This document shows positions 1 through 10,379 of a stretch of DNA of 64,000 bases, piece by piece. The DNA lies in the NCBI GenBank assembly GCA_026770705.1, contig JANJGN010000140.1:186001-250000 (forward strand). The letters run 5' to 3'. Numbering within the stretch: position 1 is the first letter of the stretch; each line of letters starts with the position of its first letter. The position numbers and the translations under genes are program-made. The stretch comes from Isurus oxyrinchus (taxonomy: Eukaryota). The notes under the pieces were generated by a model, which was not told the origin of the DNA, searched no databases, and was given only the letters and a program-made list of their open reading frames with translations.

Positions 1-3000
1 GGCGGAATTATATAATTTCTGTTGAGCGCATTAGTCTTGAATTCAGCTCATTTCGATAGATTTTACGAGTGACAACAGTGCCCGCGTCCGCCTCCCCCAT
101 AGTTCTGTTCGTTTCTCTCGCTCTGACCTTCCTTGCCTTTCCTGTGATTTGGAAGGTATTTCCCACTGTTCCTGGTTTGACGTTGGTTGGATCAACAGTA
201 CAGTGCGCTGGGGGTCTGCACTTCTGCCCTGACAGAGGATTTGGCGGACTGTAGAGTTACAGACTCAGGGAGCATCATGGGGAATTACATCACACCCGGT
301 CCTCGTCATTATATCACTTCTTAGTAAGTATTTCCTTCCCAGAAAAAATCCGTTCTCCCCCTGACTGCTGTAACCCACATGTTATTAATTGTAAGGTGAT
401 GCTGCTGCTGATGAAGCTACTTGAAATAATTGTGACGATGATCCTGATAATGATGACATCTACTCAACTACTTTGTTAGGATGGAGCCATTCATTCACAG
501 TGGTCGTGTCGGTTGCTGAAACGATGCCGAAGACGGCAGTAACACCAAGTGATCTGAATCTTGAAAACATATCTCCATAACCATACAAAGAGTCATACGG
601 ACTCGAAACGTTAACCGTCTTCCTCTCTGCAGATGCTGTCAGACTTGCTGAGTTTTTCCAGCTACTTTTATTTTTGCTCCATAACCATTTGTTCTGGTAT
701 AGTCAGCAGCCCGAGCAACATCCACAGCTCCCGAATAATCTGATCAGTGCGAATGAAAACAAGAAGACAGATATTGTTGGTCAATTCTCTTCTACACTCA
801 ACAGAACTACCAAGAGAACGGAGTTGAGGCTTTAACTGCCACGCAGCCGAATATTTCTGTGCACAAGCCCCAGGGCAGAGATACGGCGGATCGCGGTCAA
901 AATGCCAGAACGAGCGGCTCAGTTAATGCTCAGCAGAGGGCGCTCGAACACCGGGAAACAAGGGCAAATATTCAGCCTTGGTGTCAGATTCAGGCGGAGC
1001 TTCCTTAAAAGAGCAAGAAAACCGTAACATTTTGTTGGGCTATGACGTCCGAGCTCCAAGGCCGTGTAAGTGGAAGATACACCAAAGATGCGACGGGGAA
1101 CACTCTGCCCGGAGTTCCCAGGCAAGGTTTACACGGCAGTTGTCCGGGAAGTGGAAACTTCCCATGGGCAATTGCTCTGTACTGGGAACAAACAGAAAAT
1201 ACAATTTACATTGCAAACCTCGAATGGTTCCGACTGTCCGACATCAAGAGTTGCCCAGAAAAAGTTAGAATTAAAACCACTTCTAGCTTCTGGGTAACTT
1301 TGTACAGAGCCACACTGACGCCCACGAGTCTCCTTCCACAACCCCGAACTCCCAGGGACTCCCCCACCTCTCAGACTCGAACTCCCCCCACGGGACACCC
1401 CCAACCCCCGAACCCCCAGGGGACTCCCCGCACCTCACTCCTCTCAGCCGCCCAAACCCAGCTGCTCATATAAAGAAAGTCCAGCGAATTCAGTAAATAG
1501 ACGGAGAATTTCTCACCGCCTGGCAGCGGGGGATCCTGCGGATTGTAAACGGAAGAGGGAGACGGAGAGAAAGAAGCATAAATAAAAGCAGAAATGATAT
1601 AACTAGAGTTAAAAAATCCAGGCAGGAATCAGAAAAGGAGAGAGCGGGTTAAAATTATTGAATTGTGCGATGGCAGTAATTGAAAGGAAGATCTGAACAT
1701 TGTCCCTGTGCACGCGATGCCGCCTGCTCCACAGTGCATCGGCCCCACACTTTATACCGTGTGTTTAAAACCTGAACAATGTTCCGGTGACGGTGAGTGA
1801 AACCCCCTCCTTCCGCCGCCGCCTCCACCATCACCGTCGTATATTGGCTCAGTGCCTGTCTGGCCTCAATGATTAAAGGCTTGAGAGACCTACCTGGAAG
1901 ATCAGCGAATGAGGTCCCCATGGTGAATAATTTCAGTGCCGTCTGCTCTCACCAGTTAAAGATTTGAAACATTGAGCTGTGACAGGCAAATGTGTACCTA
2001 GTCTACGGATTAGCCCTGTGTCTGTCTGCATGCTTTCAGACACCTACACAATGCCGAATATAAAGTTGAGACGAAGAACGATGGGCAATGCGTAGGGAGT
2101 TTGATAAAAATGAGACTCAATATGGTGATAATGCAGAGAAACACTAACAGAGAGACATAAATAAAGGTGAGATTGTTTACATTGAGTGGTAGAGAGACAT
2201 ATTAACAGAGAGAGATGTATAATGCTGAGGTGAGGACGGGATAGCAGAAGGGTATTGATGCAGAAATGTATTTATAAATATAAAGGCAGAGAAAGTAAAT
2301 AGTTGATAATAGCTATTCTCCCATATGACACTTGCTGCAGTGAACTGCGGGAAAGGGATCATCACTGCTCTGTATAATACAAATGGACAAGAGAGACTAA
2401 CACTGACTGAAGTTCTGGGACGCACACACAGTTTGTAGACTCCTCAGTGACACCAGAAAACATAAAAATTGGAGAATCCTGGAGATTTTAATCAGGAAAA
2501 TGGGGACGACGCTAAAGGAAACAATGGAAAACAAAGGCAAACATTAGCACACAGCTAACAGAAAAAAAAACAGCAAGTTAAAATAAAACAAACTCGTGGT
2601 ATAGGAATCTGAGCACCTTTACTGTGAATTGAGTGACGGCCACCTCAGTGCATAAACTCAGTGCCTGGTCGTACACAGTTACTCAAGGATTAAGCAATAC
2701 TCATTTATTAGTGCACTGTAAAATCCCTCTGTTTATATTAAACCAGAGGTCGCCTCATTTATTACTGCACTGCACTGTTACACTAGATGATGTCTTAGCT
2801 ATTACTGCATTCGATATGCCTCCGCTTATGGTAGACGAGGCCCTACTTTTGATATTACTGACTACTACATTTTAATGTTTATGTTTATTTTATACTAAAC
2901 ACTGCCCCAATCGAACTACACTAGACCACACCTCACTTTATATTGCATTCGTTCCTTTTTTCAGTTATTTGCAATAGATTGCATCTTTGTCTATGTGATC

Positions 3001-3900
3001 CTAAGTCATATCTCAGTTATTATTGCACGAGGTAATCTCCATTAGTGTTAGGCAACATCCTGTCCCAGTATTACACAAGATAATGTCACTCTTTATATTA
3101 CAATAGCCTATGTCTCTGTTGACGGTACATGAGACCCAATCTCATTTATTGCGGCATTACACATGTCTGCTTGCATAACGCTCGGCCATGCCTGAATTAC
3201 TACTGCTTAAAAAGGCTTTGAAGTGTTCGATCAGCCATGATTGTATTGAATGGCGGAGCAGGCTCGACAGGCTGAATGGCCTTCTCCTGTCCGGATGTTC
3301 CTATGCTTCCAGATCCCGTATTATTGGCATTATTCCGAAGCAGACACTCGCCACCTAGCCAAGTAAGGTAACGAGCTGCTACTTTTTGTGTATGTCGTGT
3401 ACACCTGCTTGGATATTGGTAATGTCACTGGACTCCCTCATATTGTAACCTGGCCTCCAGTTGCCGGGCCAGGAAAGATGCCGAGTCTGAGGCGCTGGCC
3501 TTCAGATCAAGAGTCGAATTGAGGTCCCGCCAGTCCGTTCAGGGCGATGTTAAACAATCTCCGTAATATTGGAGTAAGAGCGAGGCGGGGGGTTCTCCTG
3601 GTGTCCTGGGCCCACATTCCACCTTTAACAAACACCACCCAATACAAACACATACACCGACCTCCCAGTTCATCACTGCGGGGAAAGGAAGGCGGCAGCA
3701 CAACTGGCAGAAAGAAAAGCTCCCCTCCCCCACTCATGTACACCAGAGTATTGTGGGAGGGGCTTTCACATCCGGATCACAATCCAAATGTAGAGTCAGA
3801 AAATTGCAGCCTCCTTTTATAACCTGTCTCTTATTCACACAACACAAGCCAGCGACACGGGAACAGTGCGGCCCATCAATAATCTCAACAACATTGCCAT

Positions 3901-4026
3901 GTGCAAATCAACTCGGCCCCGCGAAAGTATTTCAGTCCAGCTCTGAGGTCCGGTCTCCCATTGCAGTCCAGGGCTGCAGTCTCCAGCTCCCCGTCATATA
4001 AACCCTCAGCTGCAGGCAGCAGAACA
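3901..4026 (+). promoter_or_regulatory. Promoter of NAR-type V1: octamer-like GTGCAAAT (3901), conserved block, CGTCA half-CRE and TATAAA (3997-4002)
   Basis: The block TTTCAGTCCAGCTCTGAG...GCTGCAGTCT...GTCATATAAAC recurs in front of all three NAR V leaders (here, 9248-9843 interrupted, 63707-63803). The TATA lies about 25 nt before the ATG. Confidence 0.65.
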
Positions 4027-4069
4027 ATGGGAATCCTCCTTGTTTTCACCCTGTGTGTCTGTTTCCCCC
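4027..4069 (+). CDS. Leader exon of NAR-TCR V1 (MGILLVFTLCVCFP, phase 1)
   Basis: ATG at 4027, hydrophobic signal peptide, GTGAGT donor at 4070. Splices in frame to the acceptor TTTCCAG ending at 4217. Confidence 0.92.
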
Positions 4070-4217
4070 GTGAGTACCGATCAAACAAACCGAAATTGTG
4101 TGGATTCAATATAAAGCTGCCCGAGTCCATCCCAATTACAGACACTGTCTGGGGTTTTGACCTCGTTCTCTGGTTCGACGCCGATTGTCCATTGAACTCT
4201 CTCTGTTTAATTTCCAG

Positions 4218-4500
4218 GATCTTTCAGTCAGTCAGTGACACAGACCCCGGCAGCGGTGACCAGGAAGGAGTGTCAGTCTCTCACCATCACCTGTGTTTTC
4301 TCCGGTGCTTCGGGGCATTATTTCCAAACGGGACATTTCTTCAAACAAACCCAGATCGGGACAGAGTGGGAGCGGATTTCCAGCGGGGGGAGATTTGTTG
4401 TGTCGGTGAATAAAGCACAAAAGACATTTTCGCTGGAAATTCGGGATATGAGAGTTGAAGACGCCGCCACCTATTACTGTAAAGCTCAGTACTACACATA
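4218..4500 (+). CDS. NAR-TCR (IgNAR-type) V segment V1, unrearranged, open frame
   Basis: SFSQSVTQTPAAVTRKECQSLTITCVFSGASGHYFQTGHFFKQTQIGTEWERISSGGRFVVSVNKAQKTFSLEIRDMRVEDAATYYCKAQ. It shows the VNAR hallmarks of a short FR2-FR3 with no CDR2, a GGRF motif and YYCKA, plus an extra FR1 Cys (4271-4273). An RSS follows. Confidence 0.93.
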
Positions 4501-4538
4501 CACAGTGATGGGCCTCGGCTTCCCGCGATACAAAAGCT
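4501..4538 (+). other. 23-type RSS of V1
   Basis: CACAGTG + 22-nt spacer + ACAAAAGCT. Confidence 0.88.
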
Positions 4539-4865
4539 CTCACTGCAGATTATCACAGAAACAAATGAAAAAGCGGAGTTAATCTGCAGTTAAAGCCCCA
4601 CAGTTCCGCCTCACACCGTCTGCCCCACAGTCTAGTTTATAATGAGACTGGATTATTGCCGTTAACATCTTGAGTTTTATAAATGCCCAGTGTGTGCGGA
4701 TGGTGATGCCTTTCCTGGGATTGGTGTCAGTGAATGGGGATTGGGAATGACTGATCCCAGTTAGAAACCCCTAACGCCAGATGTGATCCTGGTCTAACAG
4801 CTGGAACCGGGAACGGCAGTCCCCGCTGTTTAACTAATGTCCCCAAATCTTACCAAGTGCCCGAG

Positions 4866-4938
4866 GGATTTTATGCTGACTTGTAACACTGTGTGGATGG
4901 ATGGGGGAGTCACAGTGGGAGAGACCTGAACAAACACG
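4866..4938 (+). other. D segment (coding 4894-4910, TGGATGGATGGGGGAGT) flanked by 12/12 RSS
   Basis: GGATTTTAT-12-CACTGTG on the 5' side and CACAGTG-12-ACAAACACG on the 3' side. All three frames are open (WMDGG, GWMGE, DGWGS). Confidence 0.88.
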
Positions 4939-5253
4939 TCTGTATAATTTAAATATAAATTCTCCGGGCCTGGATAGTGAATTGTCGGGTTAATGTTATT
5001 ATCGCTGGAACCTGGTTCCATTTCATTGTAATTTCCAACATTGAGTTATCTTTCTTTGATATTTTTCTCAGTTTATATGAAGCGAACATCTCGTTTCCGG
5101 GATCATTTACTCAGAGCTCAGGGCCTCACAAAGAACAGTTTGAACCGACAGAGACTTTGAAACATTGAATATTGCTTATTTATTTAAATCCGCTGAATAA
5201 TTGGGCAGTTTCTACTGTCTGATGATGATTTCTCGGCAGGTTGAGTTATCGGT

Positions 5254-5292
5254 GGTTGTTGTACAGGGGAGATTGTGAGCGGTGTCACTGTG
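5254..5292 (+). other. 23-RSS of NAR-TCR J1
   Basis: GGTTGTTGT + 23 nt + CACTGTG. Confidence 0.9.
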
Positions 5293-5345
5293 GTGGGAAA
5301 CTGATTATGCGGATGGATCCGGGACAGTGGTGACTGTCACAGCCG
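5293..5345 (+). CDS. NAR-TCR J segment J1 (WETDYADGSGTVVTVTA, phase-1 donor)
   Basis: G-x-G-T-x-V-T-V motif, upstream 23-RSS, GTAAG donor at 5346. Confidence 0.92.
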
Positions 5346-6189
5346 GTAAGTAGTTCCAAACCCCGCCGGGTTATAGCCTGTCCCGGGTAACGTTCACCAT
5401 CAGTTTATTATTGATATCAGTGGAGTTTGGGTGGGATGTGGGAGTTGACAGGATCTGGACCATTATTGGTTTAATGGGCACATCGGGGACAATATCAACA
5501 TCACGGACTCTCACACTCTGACTCGCTTTTAATGAGCGCAGATTGTCGACAATCCGGACTCCACTCCCGGTGCTAACTGTGACCGACGGAGCTCTGTCTG
5601 TCCCTTAGAGCCCGGGAGCGGGGTCACAGAGCTCTCTCCTGGGCAGCAGATTGCATTCCGAGCCGCGGAATGAGGTACCGGGTGAATAAACTGAACACAA
5701 CTGCGGCCAGTTCGGATACCTGCAGCAGCTCGTTCCATACCTGACCCGGGAGAAAAACGGGAGAGTGAAACAACGGCCTTCAGATATAAGAAATCCTGAT
5801 ATGGGTCCAGATGGAATTTTATTATTGGACAATCAGTGACTGAAATTAGTGACATTGTCCCCGCCATTTCTTTCATATAACCAAACACTTTCCTACTTTT
5901 CCGCCCTCAGACTGAAATGTGTAAGTTTGGAACTGCAGCCGCTTCTCTATATTGAATGTAAATGTTTGAGAGATGGGATTGCTGAAATGTATCTGTATCC
6001 CTGATTACTGTGAGTTGAAACAACACAGTGCAGTGAGACAGAGAGGATGATGCATTAATCTTATAAAGGAGAACAGGAACATAAGGAAACGATTGTAAGT
6101 TGTAAATTGGGGGGAATGTTCATTTAGAAGCAGCAATAAATAATTCATCGAAAGCGGGAGAAGGATTGGTGGATCTCTGGCCCAGTCAA

Positions 6190-6795
6190 AGTACAATCCG
6201 AGCCCAGTGCGGGTGAATGAGTTAAATGGACGGAAGGACTGAAATGGGCTCCAGTCTGGAATGCTTTGTAAAGTTTTGGTCTCCTTACTAAAGGAAGGAT
6301 CTACATGCATTGGAGGGCGTGCAGCAAAGGTTCATCAGACTGATTCCTGAGATAAAGGGATTGTCGTATAAGAAGAGATTGAGTTGTCTGGGCCTATGTT
6401 CCCTGGAGCTTAGATGAATGAGATGTAATTTCATTAGAAATCTAACATCCAGGGCACGATATATTCCCGGTGGGTGTCTCCCCAGGCTGAGAAGCCTATA
6501 ACTAGGGGTCAGAGTTTCAGGCTAAGGACTCGATCCTGAGAAATGAGAAGAAGAGAAATTTCTTCAGTGAAGCCACTGTTGTGAATCTCTGACATTCTCT
6601 TCCTCAGAGAGCTGTGAATGCCCAGTAGTTGGATGTTTTAAAGGAAGTATTCAATAGATTTCGGGATGCTAAAAGAATCAAGGGATATGGGGACATTGCT
6701 GCAAAGTGATGTTGAGTTAGGAGATGAGTCAGGTTATTATTGAATGTCGGAAAAGGTTTGAAAAGTGACGTGGCCGCTCCTGCTTCTGTTTGTTA
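6190..6795 (+). mobile_element. CR1 LINE 3' fragment, degenerate
   Basis: Similar to the 3' ends of the CR1 copies at 23600-24180 and 28900-29516. Confidence 0.6.
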
Positions 6796-9302
6796 CATTA
6801 ACTGCTCTGATCTGTTACACTTCTGAGAAAAGAAATCAGGAATAATCTACATCTCTGTGGAGAGGTTGAACAGGCCGGGCATCATGTCTCTGGAGAACAG
6901 GGAAAGAAAAGCAGAATTCATGGAAGTCGTTTAAATAACGAGTGGGTTCATTGGGGTATTTGTGGAATAGCTGCTTATTTGTGGGTGAGCCTAGAGCCAT
7001 TAGAATAAGACAGTCACTAACAGAACAAATAATGACATTAGGAAGAAGTGTAAAGACAGGCAGGTCAGAGTGTGGAACTTGCTGCCGCAGGGAGTGGTTG
7101 GAGCAGGTAGTATTGATACATTTATGGGAAGACTTGAAAATACAGGAGGGAGAATGGAACAGACTGACTCAGGGAGCTGACTGGAAATGGTCAATTAGAT
7201 TTCGGACAGATGGGGGCTGGTCCGCAGTAAATACACAGGCATAAATCATTTGAGCGGAATGGATTATTCCTATTCTGGCAGATATTATGTTAAATTACAA
7301 TTCGAGAAAACTTCAACCAGTCAATCAGTAAATGGGCGGAAATTTTTTTTTAAATTGTCAGCAAGGGGGAAGACACAGTTCCGAGTGAGTAACAGTAAAA
7401 CTACTGCGGAAACTGAACAGACTGAACCCAACAGACAACTGAGAGACTTTGGGGCAAGTTCCCACGATTGCTACGTTCCCATGCAAGAAGCACAAACTGC
7501 ACAAAGGAAATGGAGAAATAAAATGAAACTAAATGTAAATATATCAAAATAAGTGGAATTGGAAAAAAATTAAACCTATTGATAGAAGAAATTATGTTTT
7601 TTTTCCCAAACAAATGCTGATTGAAATACATTCAGATAATATTTCTCCTTCCATTTAAAGAATCGTGGTCTCTTAAAATGAGACTGCTACAATCTGAGTG
7701 TTCGTAATTATGATGCCAAAATGTATCCGTGTTCCTACATTACAGACGATGACTCGGGTGATCGGCCATATTGGCCTCTCAGGATTCATGTTTTACGAAG
7801 ATCACTGTCACGAGCTGCTGAAGGGACCTTTCATTGTACTAAATGTGCTTTAAAATGCAATTCGTATTTGTGGTAGCTCTGAGGCAAAACATGCTTATGT
7901 CATGCGCTGTTCTGCACCATTTCGCGCCAGTAGCTTTCAAAACCAGAAGGAAATTGGACAATATTTAATGTGCAAAACTTGTGGATGAAGCAGAAAGGCT
8001 TTTTCAGGTTTTTATTTTAGTTTTCGATGAATTAGATGATGCTTATGTCTTTTATTGCACATTAGGGATCAGCGGCAGCCCATCTGGAGCTACTCAAAGG
8101 TCGATTAAACAATCGACCACTTTTGAGCGACGTACGATCGGCCATGTTTATGTGATGTACAGTCAAACAAGATAGTGTGAGGTCCTCTGCTCCTGAAGTA
8201 GTTTCTTGGCCCTTTTCTGCCCTTTTCATGCCTGCCTGGATTACTGAGCAGCCCCATGTCCTTGCATCCGTCAGTTTCCAGGAGCATTTGACTGCGGCCA
8301 GTTCACAAGGTTCACTTCAACAGAACGAATTGTTAGATCCAGGACAGTTTAAACACAACTAACAGATTTCACCAAGTTAGTGGGTGTGATATTTTAAACA
8401 AGTCCCAAACACAGTGTTCGCCCCCATTTCAACTGTCCTCTGAGTGTGGCTTCATGTTCTAACACTACAACTGGAATCTCTGAATAAACCAGACCTAGAA
8501 ATCAAACATTGTTTTCTGGAAACATCATTTTAAATGCAAGTCATAGGGGAAGGTTGCAGCAAGCATTTGTTTCAATGAAGTGGAGAGTTTATTCTTTGTG
8601 GTATTTCTGTACTTCCGCCTTAATATTGGCAAAGTCTCTGGACTGTCTCACATTGTAATCTGGTCCTCAGTTCCTGGACTATGGCGGGTGTAAGGCTCCT
8701 TCCCTTGGAACAGACTTTCAGCTGAAGACCCACCAGCCAGTTCAGGGAGATGTTTAATAATTTCCCGCACAGGCAGCTCTGAAGAAGAGTTATACAGACT
8801 CGAAACGTTAATTCTGTTTCACTCTTCACAGATGCTGCCAGACTTGCCGAGTTCTTTCCAGCATTTTCTGTTTTTTCATGACAGTTAGAATAAAATTGAG
8901 GAAAGAGGGATTCTTTCACACTCCATTCTCATAAAATACCATTTGCCAAACACACATGGACAGACCTGCCAGGTCATTACTGTGGGAGAATGAGGGCTGC
9001 AGATTTCACTAATGGAAACAAATCCACCTCCCTTGCCCCATTACACTGGGCACTGTACATCAGACAAATGGGAGAGGGGACTTCACATCAGGCTTACAGG
9101 CCCAACGAAGCAATATGAAACTGCTAGTTCCGTTTTTAAACCTGTCACTTGTTCAGAAAACACACAAGCAGAGAGATGGGAATGGGGCAGCTAATCAATC
9201 ATCCGCGGGACATCGTCCTCTGCAAATCAACTGTACTGTCTAAAATATTTCAGTCCAGCTCTGAGTTCCAGTCTCCCTGAGCAGTTCAGAGCTGCAGTCT
9301 CC

Positions 9303-9800
9303 TACATTTAAGCAGAACACCGTGGAAACCTGAAATAAAAACAATAAATGCTGGAAATAACTCAGCAGTTCTGGCAGCATCTTTTATTTTATTCTTTGGA
9401 TGTGGGTGCTACTGGCAAGGCCAGCATTTATTGGCTATCCGCGTATTTCAGAGACAACAACATTACTATGGGTCTGGAGTCATATGTAGGCCAGACCAGC
9501 TAAGATTAGCAGATTTTCTTCCCTAAAAGCTGTTAGTGAACCTGATGGGTTTTACAACAATCGACAATGGTTGTATGGTCATCCTATTCGACTTTTGATT
9601 CCAGATTTTTATTCAATTCAAACTCCACCATCTGCCGTGGCTAAACTCGTACGCGGGGCCACAGGATATTACCCTGCGTCCTTGGACTACTAGCCTAGCA
9701 ACAACACCACTCCACAGCGATTGGAAATGTTAACGCTGTTACAATCTCCACAGACGCTGCCAGACTTGCTGAATTTCTGCAGCATTTTCTGTTTTTATTG
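9303..9800. mobile_element. ~500-bp insertion in the V2 promoter (inverted-repeat-bounded element with an internal SINE-like segment)
   Basis: Splits the conserved promoter block between ...GCTGCAGTCTCC (9301) and GCTCCCCGTCAT (9803). The ends AAATGCTGGAAA..CTCAGC..GGCAGCATC and GACGCTGCCAGACTTGCTGA..CAGCATTTT are mutually inverted. Confidence 0.7.
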
Positions 9801-9843
9801 CTGCTCCCCGTCATACAAACTATCAGCTCCAGGAAGCAGAAGG

Positions 9844-9886
9844 ATGGGAATTTAATTTGTTTTTACCCTGTGTGCCTGTTTACCCC
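9844..9886 (+). pseudogene. Inactivated leader exon of NAR V2
   Basis: ATG GGA ATT TAA places an in-frame stop at 9853-9855. The donor has degenerated to GTGGCT, versus GTGAGT in V1 and V3. Confidence 0.9.
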
Positions 9887-10034
9887 GTGGCTACCGATCA
9901 AACAAACCGATATTGTGTAGAATTAAGATAAAGCTACCCGAGTCCATCCCAATTATAAACACTGTCATGAGTTTTAGCCCCGTTATTTGGTTCGGCTCTG
10001 ACGGCCAATTAAACTCTTTTTGTTTAATTTCCAG

Positions 10035-10379
10035 GCTCTTTCAGTCAGTCAGTGGTACAGACCCCGGCAGCGGTGACCAGAAAGGAGTGTCAGTCCCTCA
10101 TCATCACCTGTGCTTTCAAAGGTAATTCTCATCGTTTAGAGGACGGACAATTCTTCAGACAAACCCAGACCGGGACTGAGCACGAGCGGATATCCAGCGG
10201 GGGGAGATTTGTTGTGTCAATAAATAAAGCAGAAAAGACTTTTTCGCTGGAAATTCGGGATGTGAGAGTTGAAGACACGGCCACCTATTACTGCAAAGCT
10301 CAGTATAAATATGGATGTGGTTCCCTTTGGAAAGATGGTTCTGTAGACGGATCCGGGACAAAGGTGACTGTCACAGCTG
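10035..10379 (+). CDS. Germline-joined NAR-type VDJ exon (V2), open frame, phase 1-1
   Basis: SFSQSVVQTPAAVTRKECQSLIITC...YYCKAQYKYGCGSLWKDGSVDGSGTKVTVTA. V runs directly into J with no RSS. The acceptor TTTCCAG (10034) and donor GTAAG (10380) are intact. Confidence 0.92.

Noticed and set aside
919-1125. Minus ORF with FGVSSTYT as an Ig/TCR constant exon for the VH cassette
   Set aside because: No C1-set Cys/Trp pattern or correct spacing.
1729-1775. Isolated CACAGTG heptamers (also ~8409)
   Set aside because: No nonamer at 12 or 23 spacing and no adjacent coding segment.
10035-10379. Retrotransposed cDNA origin for the joined VDJ
   Set aside because: The leader-V intron, upstream promoter homology and J donor/intron are all retained, and no C exon is fused.
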